From an uncultured Actinomycetota bacterium (lineage in GTDB: Bacteria; Actinomycetota; Humimicrobiia; Humimicrobiales; Humimicrobiaceae), in contig CAZSVM010000010.1 of the NCBI GenBank assembly GCA_964610315.1, positions 18,762 to 82,761 on the forward strand: 64,000 nucleotides of DNA. The letters run 5' to 3'. The notes under the pieces are model-generated. The model saw only the letters and a program-made list of their open reading frames with translations. It was not told where the DNA came from and did not search any database. Below are positions 1-9,707 of the stretch, piece after piece. A program made the position numbers and the translations under genes. Positions within the stretch are counted from its first letter, which is position 1; each line of letters starts with the position of its first letter.

Positions 1-1545
1 AGAATTATAAAGCGGATATGTTTAATAATATTGGATGGATGGGGGATTTCTAACCTGGTTAAAGGTAATGCCATCAGGTTGGCAAGAACTCCTAATATGG
101 ATAATTATTATAGAATCTACCCCAATGTAAAGTTAAATTCCTCGGGAGAAGCAGTGGGCCTTCCGGAAGGTCAGATGGGGAATTCGGAAGTGGGTCACCT
201 GAATATTGGAGCAGGCAGGATTGTTTATCAGGAGTTTACCAGAATAAACAAAGAAATTAAAAAAGGTACTTTCTTTGAGAATAAGGTATTGGTTGATGCT
301 GTCAATAAGGTAATAAAAGAAGGCAGCAGTCTTCATTTGATGGGACTGGTATCGGATGGCGGTGTACACAGCCATATCGACCATCTGAAAGCCCTGATTG
401 ATCTGGCAGCTGGTAAAGGGGTAAAAAACCTGTTTATTCATGCTTTTCTTGACGGAAGAGATGTCCCTCCCAGAAGTGCTATCCCTTATCTAAATGAAAT
501 AGATGATTATCTGAAAAAGAAGGGCACCGGGCAAATCGCTACGGTTAGCGGAAGATATTATAGTATGGACAGGGATAATAGATGGGAAAGGATTAAAAGA
601 AGTTACGATGCTCTGGTATATAGAAAAGGAAAAAAATTTAAAACGGCTGCAGAGGTTGTTGAATTATCTTATAGAGATAATGTAGATGATGAATTTGTAG
701 TACCGGCTATAGTAGAGAGTAATTTTAAAGAAAAGGCGGCAGTAAGTTCCGGTGACTCGGTAATATTCTTTAATTTCAGGCCGGACAGAGCACGTCAGCT
801 TACCCGGGCATTCATAAGCGGGAGTGAATTCGATAAATTCGATAGAGGAAAGCAGCCTCCAAAGATTTATTTTATATGCATGACTCAATATGATAAGGAA
901 TTCGATGTCCCGGTAGCATTTCCACCTGTAAAAATAATAAATACATTGGGAGAAGTTATATCGGTCAATAAATTAGAGCAATTAAGGATTGCCGAAACAG
1001 AGAAATATGCGCACGTAACTTTTTTCCTGAATGGCGGAATTGAGAAACCCTATCATGGTGAAGATAGAGTCTTGATACCGTCCCCCAGGGTTTCGACTTA
1101 TGACTTAAAACCAGAAATGAGTGCATATGAGGTTACAGATGAGGTAATAAGTAGGATTAAATTAAAAAAGTATGATGTAATTATATTGAATTATGCCAAT
1201 CCGGATATGGTGGGACATACCGGAAATTTAAATGCGGCAATAAAAGCAGTGGAAGCAGTGGATAAGTGTGTGGGTAGAGTGGTGGAGGAGTTAAATAAAA
1301 ATGATGGGCTGGCGATAATAACGGCAGATCATGGAAATGCAGAGGAGATGCTCAGCAGTGGTGATATGAAAGTTGTGACTGCTCATTCCACATCACCGGT
1401 GCCCTTTATAATTTGTAATACACAAGTAAAATTAAAAGATAACCATGGAAGTTTTAAATTAAGTGATATCGCACCTACCATATTGGATCTTTTAAATATA
1501 AAAAAGCCGAAAGAGATGACCGGAAAATCCCTTTTGTCTGCTTGA
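1..1545 (+). CDS. gpmI: 2,3-bisphosphoglycerate-independent phosphoglycerate mutase, 5'-partial (N-terminus lies upstream of the window)
   Basis: Frame 1 reads ...LIILDGWGI from nt 1 with no in-frame ATG; LIILDGWG is the conserved iPGM N-terminal motif. Full-length similarity to iPGM (GHLNIGAGRIVYQ, SDGGVHSH, ADHGNAE metal-binding motifs). Stop at 1545. Confidence 0.85.
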   Translation, partial: RIIKRICLIILDGWGISNLVKGNAIRLARTPNMDNYYRIYPNVKLNSSGEAVGLPEGQMGNSEVGHLNIGAGRIVYQEFTRINKEIKKGTFFENKVLVDAVNKVIKEGSSLHLMGLVSDGGVHSHIDHLKALIDLAAGKGVKNLFIHAFLDGRDVPPRSAIPYLNEIDDYLKKKGTGQIATVSGRYYSMDRDNRWERIKRSYDALVYRKGKKFKTAAEVVELSYRDNVDDEFVVPAIVESNFKEKAAVSSGDSVIFFNFRPDRARQLTRAFISGSEFDKFDRGKQPPKIYFICMTQYDKEFDVPVAFPPVKIINTLGEVISVNKLEQLRIAETEKYAHVTFFLNGGIEKPYHGEDRVLIPSPRVSTYDLKPEMSAYEVTDEVISRIKLKKYDVIILNYANPDMVGHTGNLNAAIKAVEAVDKCVGRVVEELNKNDGLAIITADHGNAEEMLSSGDMKVVTAHSTSPVPFIICNTQVKLKDNHGSFKLSDIAPTILDLLNIKKPKEMTGKSLLSA

Positions 1546-1675
1546 ATTATATGCTAAAAGATAGGTTTTGCAGATGTTCCATGATATAAAAATATTGTTT
1601 TTAATGCCAATTTTCTGGTAAAATATAGGCCAAAAGCCAATTTGAAGTTTAAAAAAATTGGGAGGAACTATAAGT

Positions 1676-1909
1676 ATGGGTTCTATTTTGCTGAATATTA
1701 TATTTGCTTTTCATATCGCTGCCAGTGTAGGATTAATACTCCTGATTCTCCTGCATGCAGGAAGAGGGGGAGGGGTTTCAGGATTATTCTCCGGAATGGT
1801 AGAGACTTTTGATGGAACGGGAATTGTGGAAAAAAATCTTGATAGGATTACTATTATATTGGGTTTAATTTTTACGGTTACCACCATAATGTTATTTATT
1901 TTTTTGTAA
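1676..1909 (+). CDS. secG: preprotein translocase subunit SecG
   Basis: Small membrane protein with a Gly-rich loop (HAGRGGGVSGLFSG) between two TM helices, typical of SecG. GGAGG RBS 8 nt upstream of ATG 1676; the ORF-track TTG at 1658 sits inside the RBS. Confidence 0.7.
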   Translation: MGSILLNIIFAFHIAASVGLILLILLHAGRGGGVSGLFSGMVETFDGTGIVEKNLDRITIILGLIFTVTTIMLFIFL

Positions 1910-2005
1910 ATTAATAGAAGTTGCAGGATTATCATTTAAAACGAAAGGAGGTTTTAAAGAAAAAAATCTTGCAATATAATCTTTGTAAAAAAGAAGGAGG
2001 CTTTA

Positions 2006-3595
2006 GTGAAAATTAGTAAAAAACTATACGCAGTAATTGTAATATTTATTGTAGCAGCACTTATAAGCTCTGTTTTCATTGGCTGTAAAAAAGAGGAAAA
2101 GGTGGGAGGAACCATGAGGCTCTATATTCATGAGCCGGTGTCTCTCGACCCCCCGAACAGCTATGAAAGCGAAGGAATACAGGTAATAAGACAGATCTGG
2201 GACGGCCTGGTTAAATATGATCCTGAAACTTTGCAGGTGGTACCGGCCATTGCAGAATCGTGGGATGTCAGCGATGATGGTCTGGTTTATACTTTCCACC
2301 TGAAAAAGGGAGTAAAATTTCACAGTGGAAGAGAACTTGTAGCGGATGATTTCGTTTATTCCTGGTCGAGAGTTGCACAGGCAGCAACTGCATCTTATCT
2401 AGCTTATCACCTGGAACCGATTGTAGGTTATGATGAACTTCAAGCTGGAGAAGGTGATACCCTGGAGGGTGTAAAGGCTTTAGATGATTATACTCTGGAA
2501 GTAACCTTAAAGTACCCTTATGCTGATTTTGTTAATACACTCGGCCATGTGGTATTCTATCCTGTAGCAAAAGAAGATATTGAGCAGTGGGGAGATCAGT
2601 ATGCGGAACATGTAAACGGTACAGGTCCTTTTAAGTTTGTAGAATGGAAACATGATCAGTATATAGATCTTGAAAGAAATGACGATTATTACGGTGACAA
2701 AGCTAATCTGGAAAAAGTAAGATATACGATTTTTACTGATGAGAATACCGCATTTCTAGAATTTCAAGCCGGCAATTTGGAATATTGTGCAATTCCTCAG
2801 GGGAAAATACAATCCACATTAGATGATCCCGAATACGGAGATCTGGCTATTATCAAACCTTTGCTTGCCATTTATTATTTTGCCATGAATGTACAGAACG
2901 AACCATTCAAAGATAATCTGGCATTAAGAGAGGCTATAAATTATGCTATCGACAGGCAGAATATTGTAGATGTAATAAGTGAAGGTGTTCCCACCGTGGC
3001 TACCGGAATAGTTCCTCCGGGAATACCAGGATTTCAGGAAAATGCCTCTAAATATACTTATGACGTAGAAATGGCAAAGCAGAAGCTTGTAGAAGCTGGC
3101 TATCCTAATGGAGACGGTTTACCCACTCTTACATTCGGAATAAACATTGGATCAGGCCATGAATTAATTGCCGAAGCAATGCAGGCTGATCTGGCAGAAA
3201 TAGGTATAAATGTAGAAATACAGGGAATGGAATGGGGAGCAGCACTTGATGCCTTCAAGAATGGAGAAATCAGTTTCTTCAGATTAGGATGGATAGCTGA
3301 TTATCCTACCATGGATAATTTCTTATTCCCGTTATTCTATTCCGGATCGGCAGATAATTATACTGCATATAATAATCCCGAGGTAGACCAGATGTTGCTG
3401 GATGCCAGACAAACTACTGATGATAACCAGAGATACACTAAATACAGAGAAGTAGAGAAAAAAATAATCGATGAATCTGCTTTCGTACTTATTTATTTCT
3501 ATGGATCCAGACGTATTGTTCAGCCTTATGTAAGAGGTTTTGCACTTGATGCTATGGAGAATTATGATCTGAGCAAAGTCTGGTTTGAGAAATAA
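2006..3595 (+). CDS. oppA: peptide/nickel ABC transporter substrate-binding lipoprotein (SBP family 5, OppA/DppA-like)
   Basis: Lipobox FIGC after signal peptide. SBP_bac_5 motifs (WDVSDDGLVYTFHLKKGVKFHSGRELVADDFVYSW, LREAINYAIDRQNIV). GTG start with AAGGAGG RBS. First gene of oppABCDF. Confidence 0.85.
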   Translation: MKISKKLYAVIVIFIVAALISSVFIGCKKEEKVGGTMRLYIHEPVSLDPPNSYESEGIQVIRQIWDGLVKYDPETLQVVPAIAESWDVSDDGLVYTFHLKKGVKFHSGRELVADDFVYSWSRVAQAATASYLAYHLEPIVGYDELQAGEGDTLEGVKALDDYTLEVTLKYPYADFVNTLGHVVFYPVAKEDIEQWGDQYAEHVNGTGPFKFVEWKHDQYIDLERNDDYYGDKANLEKVRYTIFTDENTAFLEFQAGNLEYCAIPQGKIQSTLDDPEYGDLAIIKPLLAIYYFAMNVQNEPFKDNLALREAINYAIDRQNIVDVISEGVPTVATGIVPPGIPGFQENASKYTYDVEMAKQKLVEAGYPNGDGLPTLTFGINIGSGHELIAEAMQADLAEIGINVEIQGMEWGAALDAFKNGEISFFRLGWIADYPTMDNFLFPLFYSGSADNYTAYNNPEVDQMLLDARQTTDDNQRYTKYREVEKKIIDESAFVLIYFYGSRRIVQPYVRGFALDAMENYDLSKVWFEK

Positions 3596-3670
3596 TAGAC
3601 TGAATAATTCTGTTAAAGTTTGATAGGAGTTATTTTTAAAGAAATTAAAAATAAAGTGGTTAAAAGAAGT

Positions 3671-3696
3671 AACCTGCATCTTAAATGGTGCAGGTT
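3671..3696 (+). terminator. perfect 8-bp stem-loop (AACCTGCA-N10-TGCAGGTT) between oppA and oppB; possible intra-operon attenuator
   Basis: Inverted repeat read directly from sequence, 75 nt downstream of the oppA stop. Only a weak T-run follows. SBP genes commonly carry partial terminators. Confidence 0.35.
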
Positions 3697-3738
3697 ACCT
3701 GTTAATGTAAAATATATTTGAATTTAAGCTGTGTTATT

Positions 3739-4683
3739 ATGCTTTTTTATATTATAAGAAGAATACTGCAAATTATTCCGGTCATAATCGGGGTTACCCT
3801 GATATTATTTATATTGTTGTATATCATTCCTGAAGATCCGGCCAGATTGATTCTTCAAAAAGGAGCTACCGAACAAGCCCTGGAGAACCTGAGAGCAAAA
3901 ATGGGTATAGATAAACCCCTGTATGTACAGTACTGGAGATATCTGGAACAACTGGCCAGGGGTGATCTGGGCACATCTTACCGGTACAGGAGGTCGGTAA
4001 ACAGCATATTAGCCGAACATTATCCCAATTCTATAAAATTGGCTTTTGCGGCGATTGTTATTGAAATAATTATTGGAATAATGGCTGGGATAATTTCTGC
4101 GGTAAAAAAGTACAGTCTCTGGGATACCCTGGTCACCGTTTCTACCACCATTGCCGTCTGCGTGCCTGTCTTCTGGCTGGGAATGTTGCTTCAGGTGGTC
4201 TTTGGCCTGAAACTTAGTATACTGCCAATGTCAGGGATGGGTGACGGCAGTATAAGATATTATATATTGCCCGCAATTACCCTGGCTTCAGTGTCGACTG
4301 CTTTTGTAGCCAGAATGACCAGGAGCAGCATGCTGGAAGTTATGGGTAATGATTATATGACTACCGCTTATGCCAAAGGATTATCACAGTTCAGGGTAAT
4401 CGGAAAACATGCTTTAAAGAATGCTCTTATACCGGTGGTAACATTGATTGGATTAGACCTGGGAGCTCTTATGGGGGGAGCTATTCTTACTGAGACAGTC
4501 TTTAGCTGGCCCGGTGTGGGAAGAGTTATTTACCTAGCCATATTGCAAAGAGATGCCCCGGTGGTAATAGGGGGAACTCTGGTCCTGGTATTTATTTTTG
4601 TGATTATGAATCTTATTGTAGATATAGTATATGCCTGGCTGGATCCCAGAATTAGATATCATAGAAAAGAAATAAATGTTTAG
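3739..4683 (+). CDS. oppB: peptide ABC transporter permease (OppB/DppB family)
   Basis: Six TM segments and the EAA-like loop typical of BPD_transp_1. N-terminus MLFYIIRRILQIIPVIIGV matches OppB consensus, so ATG 3739 is preferred over the track TTG at 3718. Confidence 0.85.
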   Translation: MLFYIIRRILQIIPVIIGVTLILFILLYIIPEDPARLILQKGATEQALENLRAKMGIDKPLYVQYWRYLEQLARGDLGTSYRYRRSVNSILAEHYPNSIKLAFAAIVIEIIIGIMAGIISAVKKYSLWDTLVTVSTTIAVCVPVFWLGMLLQVVFGLKLSILPMSGMGDGSIRYYILPAITLASVSTAFVARMTRSSMLEVMGNDYMTTAYAKGLSQFRVIGKHALKNALIPVVTLIGLDLGALMGGAILTETVFSWPGVGRVIYLAILQRDAPVVIGGTLVLVFIFVIMNLIVDIVYAWLDPRIRYHRKEINV

Positions 4684-4692
4684 TTTATAAAT

Positions 4693-5610
4693 ATGTATCC
4701 TGATAACAAAGTTGAACAAGATAACAACAATAAAGTAATTACAGAAATAGTTCCTGAGATTAAATACACCCGGTCATCTTTATATAAGGATGCCTGGAAA
4801 AGACTCAAAAAAAATAAACTGGCAATGGTTGGCCTGGGAATTGTGATAATGCTTATATTGATTGCTATATTTTCAAGCCTTATCGCTCCTTATAATCCTA
4901 TTGCAAGAGTAAAGGAAGAATCGTCACTTTCCCCGGGCAGAGCGCATATTTTTGGCACCGATTTGCTGGGAAGAGATATTTTTAGCAGGGTAATATATGG
5001 AAGCAGAATTTCAATAATGGTAGGTGTTGTTGCTGTGGGTATATCGGTCATTATCGGCTTATTCTTAGGTGCCTTGTCAGGATATTTTGGAAATGTATCG
5101 GACGCTTTCATAATGAGAATTGCTGATATATTTTTTGCTTTTCCTTATATTCTGGGAGCTATAGCCATAATGACTGTTCTGGGTCCCGGCATCGTAAATA
5201 TATTCATTGCCATTGGTATTTTAGGATGGGCTGCTTTTGCCAGGATTTTCAGGAGTTCAATTTTATCCATAAAAAATAAAGAATATATAGAGGCTGCAAG
5301 AGCACTTGGTGCCAGCAATTACAGGATTATCACCAGGCATATTTTTCCAAATGCATTCGCCCCTATAATAGTTTATGCCACCATGAATATAGGAACGGCA
5401 ATTATTGTTGAGGCGGCACTTAGTTTCCTGGGATTGGGGGTACAGCCTCCGACTCCTGCCTGGGGCAAAATGCTCGCCGAATCTCTTGATTATATCGATA
5501 TAGCTCCGTGGATGATGTTATTTCCGGGTTTAGCCATTGTTATAACCGTACTTGGTTTTGTTCTGCTGGGAGATGGCCTTAGGGATGCTTTCGATCCCAG
5601 GCTAAGATAA
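4693..5610 (+). CDS. oppC: peptide ABC transporter permease (OppC/DppC family)
   Basis: OppC_N-like region (SLYKDAWKRLKKNKLAMVGL) plus permease domain with IAIGILGWAAFARI motif. In operon order after oppB. Confidence 0.85.
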   Translation: MYPDNKVEQDNNNKVITEIVPEIKYTRSSLYKDAWKRLKKNKLAMVGLGIVIMLILIAIFSSLIAPYNPIARVKEESSLSPGRAHIFGTDLLGRDIFSRVIYGSRISIMVGVVAVGISVIIGLFLGALSGYFGNVSDAFIMRIADIFFAFPYILGAIAIMTVLGPGIVNIFIAIGILGWAAFARIFRSSILSIKNKEYIEAARALGASNYRIITRHIFPNAFAPIIVYATMNIGTAIIVEAALSFLGLGVQPPTPAWGKMLAESLDYIDIAPWMMLFPGLAIVITVLGFVLLGDGLRDAFDPRLR

Positions 5611-5657
5611 AAATAATGGAAAAATTAAAAACAATTTTTATTTAAATAATACATAAA

Positions 5658-6674
5658 ATGTCAAACAACAATAAACTTTTAGAAGTAAAAGATTTAAAAA
5701 CTTATTTTTTTACTGACGAAGGCGTGGTAAAAGCTGTCGATGGAGTAAGTTTCGACCTTAAGTGCGGAGAAACTTTAGGTATAGTGGGTGAGACTGGTTC
5801 TGGAAAAAGTGTTACCGCACTTTCCATATTAAGGTTAATTCCTCAGCCTCCCGGTAAAATAGTAAATGGTGAAATAGTTTTCGACCACAAAGATTTGCTT
5901 AAAGTAAATCTTAAAACACTTCAGGATTACAGGGGAAACAGGATTTCTATGATTTTTCAGGATCCAATGACTTCATTGAATCCGGTATATACTATTGGAA
6001 ATCAAATAATGGAATCCTTGATTATACACCAGAAACTTAAAAAGAATTCAGCTAAAGTAGAGGCTATAAAACTTCTGGAAACGGTAGGTATCGCAGAGGC
6101 AGAAAGCAGACTAACCAGCTATCCCCATGAATTTAGCGGAGGAATGAGGCAGAGAGTTATGATAGCTATGGCCATAGCAAATGCTCCGGATATATTGATA
6201 GCGGATGAACCTACCACTGCTCTTGATGTGACCATCCAGGCCCAGATACTGGAATTAATAGACGAATTAAAATATAAAACAAATTCATCAATCATTTTAA
6301 TTACCCATGATTTAGGGGTCGTTGCCAAATATGCCAAAAGAGTAATGGTAATGTATGCAGGAAAGGCAGTCGAATTTTCTACGGTGGATAATATTTATTA
6401 TAAACCGTTACATCCTTATACTATAGGGCTTATGAATTCCATAACCAGGCTGGATAAAAGTAAAGAAGAAAGGTTGAGGCCAATAGAAGGATCTCCTCCC
6501 AGTCTTATAAATTTACCGAAGGGTTGCGCATTTAAAAACAGATGTGCTTATGATAAAGGAGAATGCGGAAATATGTATCCTCCATTGATTGAGGTTGAAG
6601 AGGGGCATTATGTTGCCTGTTATAGAATGAAAGAAATACAGGAAGAAAGAGCTAAATTAAAGTCAAAGTCATAA
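5658..6674 (+). CDS. oppD: peptide ABC transporter ATP-binding protein (OppD/DppD)
   Basis: Walker A GETGSGKS, signature FSGGMRQRVMIA, Walker B ILIADEPTTALD, and a C-terminal oligo_HPY extension. Confidence 0.9.
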   Translation: MSNNNKLLEVKDLKTYFFTDEGVVKAVDGVSFDLKCGETLGIVGETGSGKSVTALSILRLIPQPPGKIVNGEIVFDHKDLLKVNLKTLQDYRGNRISMIFQDPMTSLNPVYTIGNQIMESLIIHQKLKKNSAKVEAIKLLETVGIAEAESRLTSYPHEFSGGMRQRVMIAMAIANAPDILIADEPTTALDVTIQAQILELIDELKYKTNSSIILITHDLGVVAKYAKRVMVMYAGKAVEFSTVDNIYYKPLHPYTIGLMNSITRLDKSKEERLRPIEGSPPSLINLPKGCAFKNRCAYDKGECGNMYPPLIEVEEGHYVACYRMKEIQEERAKLKSKS

Positions 6675-6677
6675 GTT

Positions 6678-7676
6678 ATGGAAAATAATGTCTTGCTAGA
6701 AGTAAAAAACTTAAAGAAATATTACAGTTTACACGGCGGATTTTTTTTACAGAGAAGTGCCGGGATAGTAAAAGCAGTGGATGATATTAGTTTCTATATT
6801 AATGAGGGGGAAACATTCGGATTGGTAGGAGAAAGTGGCTGTGGTAAATCGACCACGGTAAGGGTTATATTAAGGCTGACTCCTCCAACCAGTGGATCGG
6901 TTATGTATAACGGTAAAAATATTTTTAAACTTGATAGAAAACAGATGTTTAAAACAAGAAGGGAGATGCAGATAATTTTTCAGGATCCTTATGCGTCTCT
7001 TTCACCAAGAATGACCATAGGGGATATTATAAGCGAACCTATGGAGATACATAAAGTTGGAAATAAAAAAAGCAGGATGAAAAAAGTAAAAGAATTATTA
7101 AGTACTGTCGGACTTAATCCCGAGCATATAAACAGGTATCCTCATGAATTTAGTGGAGGCCAGAGGCAGAGAGTGGGAGTCGCAAGAGCTCTGGCTTTAA
7201 CTCCAAAATTATTATTGTGTGATGAACCGGTATCTGCTCTGGATGTATCTGTTCAGGCTCAAATATTAAATCTTCTGGCGGATTTACAGAAAGAGTTTAA
7301 TTTAACCTATTTATTTATTGCTCATGATCTGTCCGTGGTAAAGCACGTAAGTGATAGGATAGGGGTTATGTATCTTGGAAAGCTGTTTGAAGTAGCCAGG
7401 AGTGAAGATCTTTATAAAAAACCACTTCATCCCTATACTATGGCGTTGTTATCTGCAATTCCTATCCCCGATCCTGAACTGGAAAGAAAAAGAAGAAGAG
7501 TTGTTCTGGAAGGGGACGTACCTAGCCCCATTAACCCTCCTTCAGGCTGCAGCTTTCATACAAGGTGCCCTAATGCTCAGGACATTTGCAGTAAAGAAGA
7601 ACCGGAATTAAAAAATTACTCAAAAGATGATAATCAGCATCTGGCTGCCTGTTTTTTTGCAGGGAAACCTATATAA
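6678..7676 (+). CDS. oppF: peptide ABC transporter ATP-binding protein (OppF/DppF)
   Basis: Walker A GESGCGKST, signature FSGGQRQRVGVARA, Walker B LLCDEPVSALD, and a C-terminal Cys-containing oligopeptide domain. Confidence 0.9.
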   Translation: MENNVLLEVKNLKKYYSLHGGFFLQRSAGIVKAVDDISFYINEGETFGLVGESGCGKSTTVRVILRLTPPTSGSVMYNGKNIFKLDRKQMFKTRREMQIIFQDPYASLSPRMTIGDIISEPMEIHKVGNKKSRMKKVKELLSTVGLNPEHINRYPHEFSGGQRQRVGVARALALTPKLLLCDEPVSALDVSVQAQILNLLADLQKEFNLTYLFIAHDLSVVKHVSDRIGVMYLGKLFEVARSEDLYKKPLHPYTMALLSAIPIPDPELERKRRRVVLEGDVPSPINPPSGCSFHTRCPNAQDICSKEEPELKNYSKDDNQHLAACFFAGKPI

Positions 7677-7701
7677 GTAAGTAATTATTTAAGGCAAATA
7701 A

Positions 7702-9429
7702 ATGATTAGACTGAACAAAATAATATTGATTATTTTAATACTTTTGATATTTATAAGCGGCTGCCTCTATTCTTGTGAATATAATGATCTGGGACTTTTT
7801 AATACTGTAGTAGAAGAAAATGATACCAGTAGTGTAAATAATGCCGCCGAAGAGCTGGATATAAACAGTAAAGATTTTTTCCTGGAATCAAAAGAAAAAC
7901 AGATGGATAAGAATCCTCTAAGTGATATCAATGTAAGGAAAGCCATATTTTACGCAATAGACAGGGAAAGAATCGTAAAGGAACTGTTTGGCGAATACGG
8001 AGAGGTGCTCAATAGTTTGTTTGAAAAGAATTCCGGCTATTATTACTCTTCCTGGTCGGAGTATAATTATGATCCGGAAAAGGCAAAAGAATTTTTAAAT
8101 AAAACAGGGTATGGCATTGATAATCCGCTGTACATCACCATAGGTTCTATAAGTGATAACAGTACAAAGCAAATGATAGAGGAAATGATTAAAGAAGATT
8201 TAAGTAAAATTGGAATAAAGATATGGATTTTTAATAAAACTTCGGAAGAATGGTATAGAGATTGTGTTGGAAAAGGCGATTATGAGCTAGGCATATGGTC
8301 AATATATAATTTTGATGGAAGCAGCTTAAGTTATAATTTTAGTTCCGAAAAAATACCGCCTCTGGCAACGGAAGAGAATAAAAATTGTGAGAATTTTTAT
8401 TGGTACAAAAACACGGAAGCTGATGTAATTCTGGAAAATATTGCAAATGAAAACAACATTGAGAGAAAAAAAGAGCTAACGGATGATTTTCAGGATATAC
8501 TGGCTAATGATGCAGTAATCCTGCCTCTGTACAGCAGAATATATGCTATTGCCTACAATAATAAGAAAATAAAGAATATGGATATCAGTGTCAAAAATAA
8601 CAAGATATTCTTTAATATCGAAAAGTGGAATTTGTATGGTGAGGAGCAAACAGATGAAGATAAAACAAATGAAATTATTATCGGGTTTGAAGGAGAAGAT
8701 TACGAACCAGCCAATCTATTTAGTTCGGATTATATAAGCGACCTTTTAATGAAAGGTTTATGGGAAATCAATGAAAACGGTGAATATGAAAATGTATTGG
8801 TAGAAACGGATTCTTCTCCGGGAAATAATTTAAACAGTGCACCGAATCAAAAGGTTAAAGTTGTACTTAAAGATGGAATATTCTGGGAAGATGGGAATCC
8901 CATTACGTCAGAGGATGTAAAATATACTTATGATGTCGTTCTTAAAAATGAAAATATCTTGAATATTGATGAGGATTACTCCAAAGTTGGAGAAATTGAA
9001 GTAATAAATGAAAAAGAATTTAACATCATTTTCAAAGATGAAATTAAAAATTGGAAAAAACTTTTTGGATTTATTTTCCCCAAAGGATCACTGGATGAAA
9101 AAGATATAAACAATTTTTCTGTGGAAGATATTGTAGCAAGCGGTCCTTACAGGATAGATCAATATGTAAGCGGGGAATATTTATTACTAAAGAAAAATGA
9201 TTACTATTTTAGAGAAACACCTGACATGGATAACATAAAAATTTTATTTGACACGGATATTAATAATCTTATAAGCATGCTCAAAGATAAAGAAATAGAT
9301 TTACTAAGTATTCCCTTCAACTTGGATTTAATAAAAGGTCTGGATGAAAATAAGGATTTTAATTTATTGATTAAATCGGGTGATCTTCTGGAGCATCTGG
9401 CTGTTTGTTTGAAACCTAAAGAGAAATAG
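7702..9429 (+). CDS. lipoprotein built from a circularly permuted family-5 SBP: signal/lipobox, then SBP C-terminal half, then SBP N-terminal half
   Basis: Lipobox FISGC. Residues ~60-330 align to the C-terminal half of the upstream OppA (DKNPLSDINVRKAIFYAIDRERIV ~ DNLALREAINYAIDRQNIV; ends ...FFNIEKW ~ ...KVWFEK). Residues ~330-575 align to the OppA N-terminal half (WEDGNPITSEDVKYTYDVVL ~ FHSGRELVADDFVYSWSRV). The protein C-terminus ...CLKPKEK corresponds to the OppA position immediately before the point where this protein's mature N-terminus begins. Confidence 0.6.
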   Translation: MIRLNKIILIILILLIFISGCLYSCEYNDLGLFNTVVEENDTSSVNNAAEELDINSKDFFLESKEKQMDKNPLSDINVRKAIFYAIDRERIVKELFGEYGEVLNSLFEKNSGYYYSSWSEYNYDPEKAKEFLNKTGYGIDNPLYITIGSISDNSTKQMIEEMIKEDLSKIGIKIWIFNKTSEEWYRDCVGKGDYELGIWSIYNFDGSSLSYNFSSEKIPPLATEENKNCENFYWYKNTEADVILENIANENNIERKKELTDDFQDILANDAVILPLYSRIYAIAYNNKKIKNMDISVKNNKIFFNIEKWNLYGEEQTDEDKTNEIIIGFEGEDYEPANLFSSDYISDLLMKGLWEINENGEYENVLVETDSSPGNNLNSAPNQKVKVVLKDGIFWEDGNPITSEDVKYTYDVVLKNENILNIDEDYSKVGEIEVINEKEFNIIFKDEIKNWKKLFGFIFPKGSLDEKDINNFSVEDIVASGPYRIDQYVSGEYLLLKKNDYYFRETPDMDNIKILFDTDINNLISMLKDKEIDLLSIPFNLDLIKGLDENKDFNLLIKSGDLLEHLAVCLKPKEK

Positions 9430-9566
9430 AGATTGCAGAAATTTATGAATTCCGTGCTTTAAGTTGTGGTGGCTTGTTAGGTGTATCAACTATTATTTTT
9501 AGAGTTAAACAAGTAAGAAAGTTATAGTAAAATAATCTCAAGACGGGTTTGATAAAATCATATTGT

Positions 9567-9655
9567 GTCGGAATGGCGGAACTGGTAGACGCGCAAGGTT
9601 GAGGGCCTTGTGAACAATATTGTTCATGGGGGTTCAAGTCCCCCTTCCGACACCA
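9567..9655 (+). tRNA. tRNA-Leu (anticodon GAG)
   Basis: Acceptor stem GTCGGAA/TTCCGAC, anticodon stem CAAGG/CCTTG with loop TTGAGGG, long variable arm, TPsiC GGTTCAAGTCC, encoded CCA. 89 nt. Confidence 0.85.
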
Positions 9656-9707
9656 ATAAACTTACCATATGTGATTGAAATGATAACCCTTAATTAATGA
9701 GAACATG

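Noticed and set aside
1711-1935. 74-aa ORF on the - strand
   Set aside because: Antisense to secG.
7402-7611. 69-aa ORF on the + strand in an alternative frame
   Set aside because: It lies fully inside oppF in a different frame. oppF's frame has the ABC motifs.
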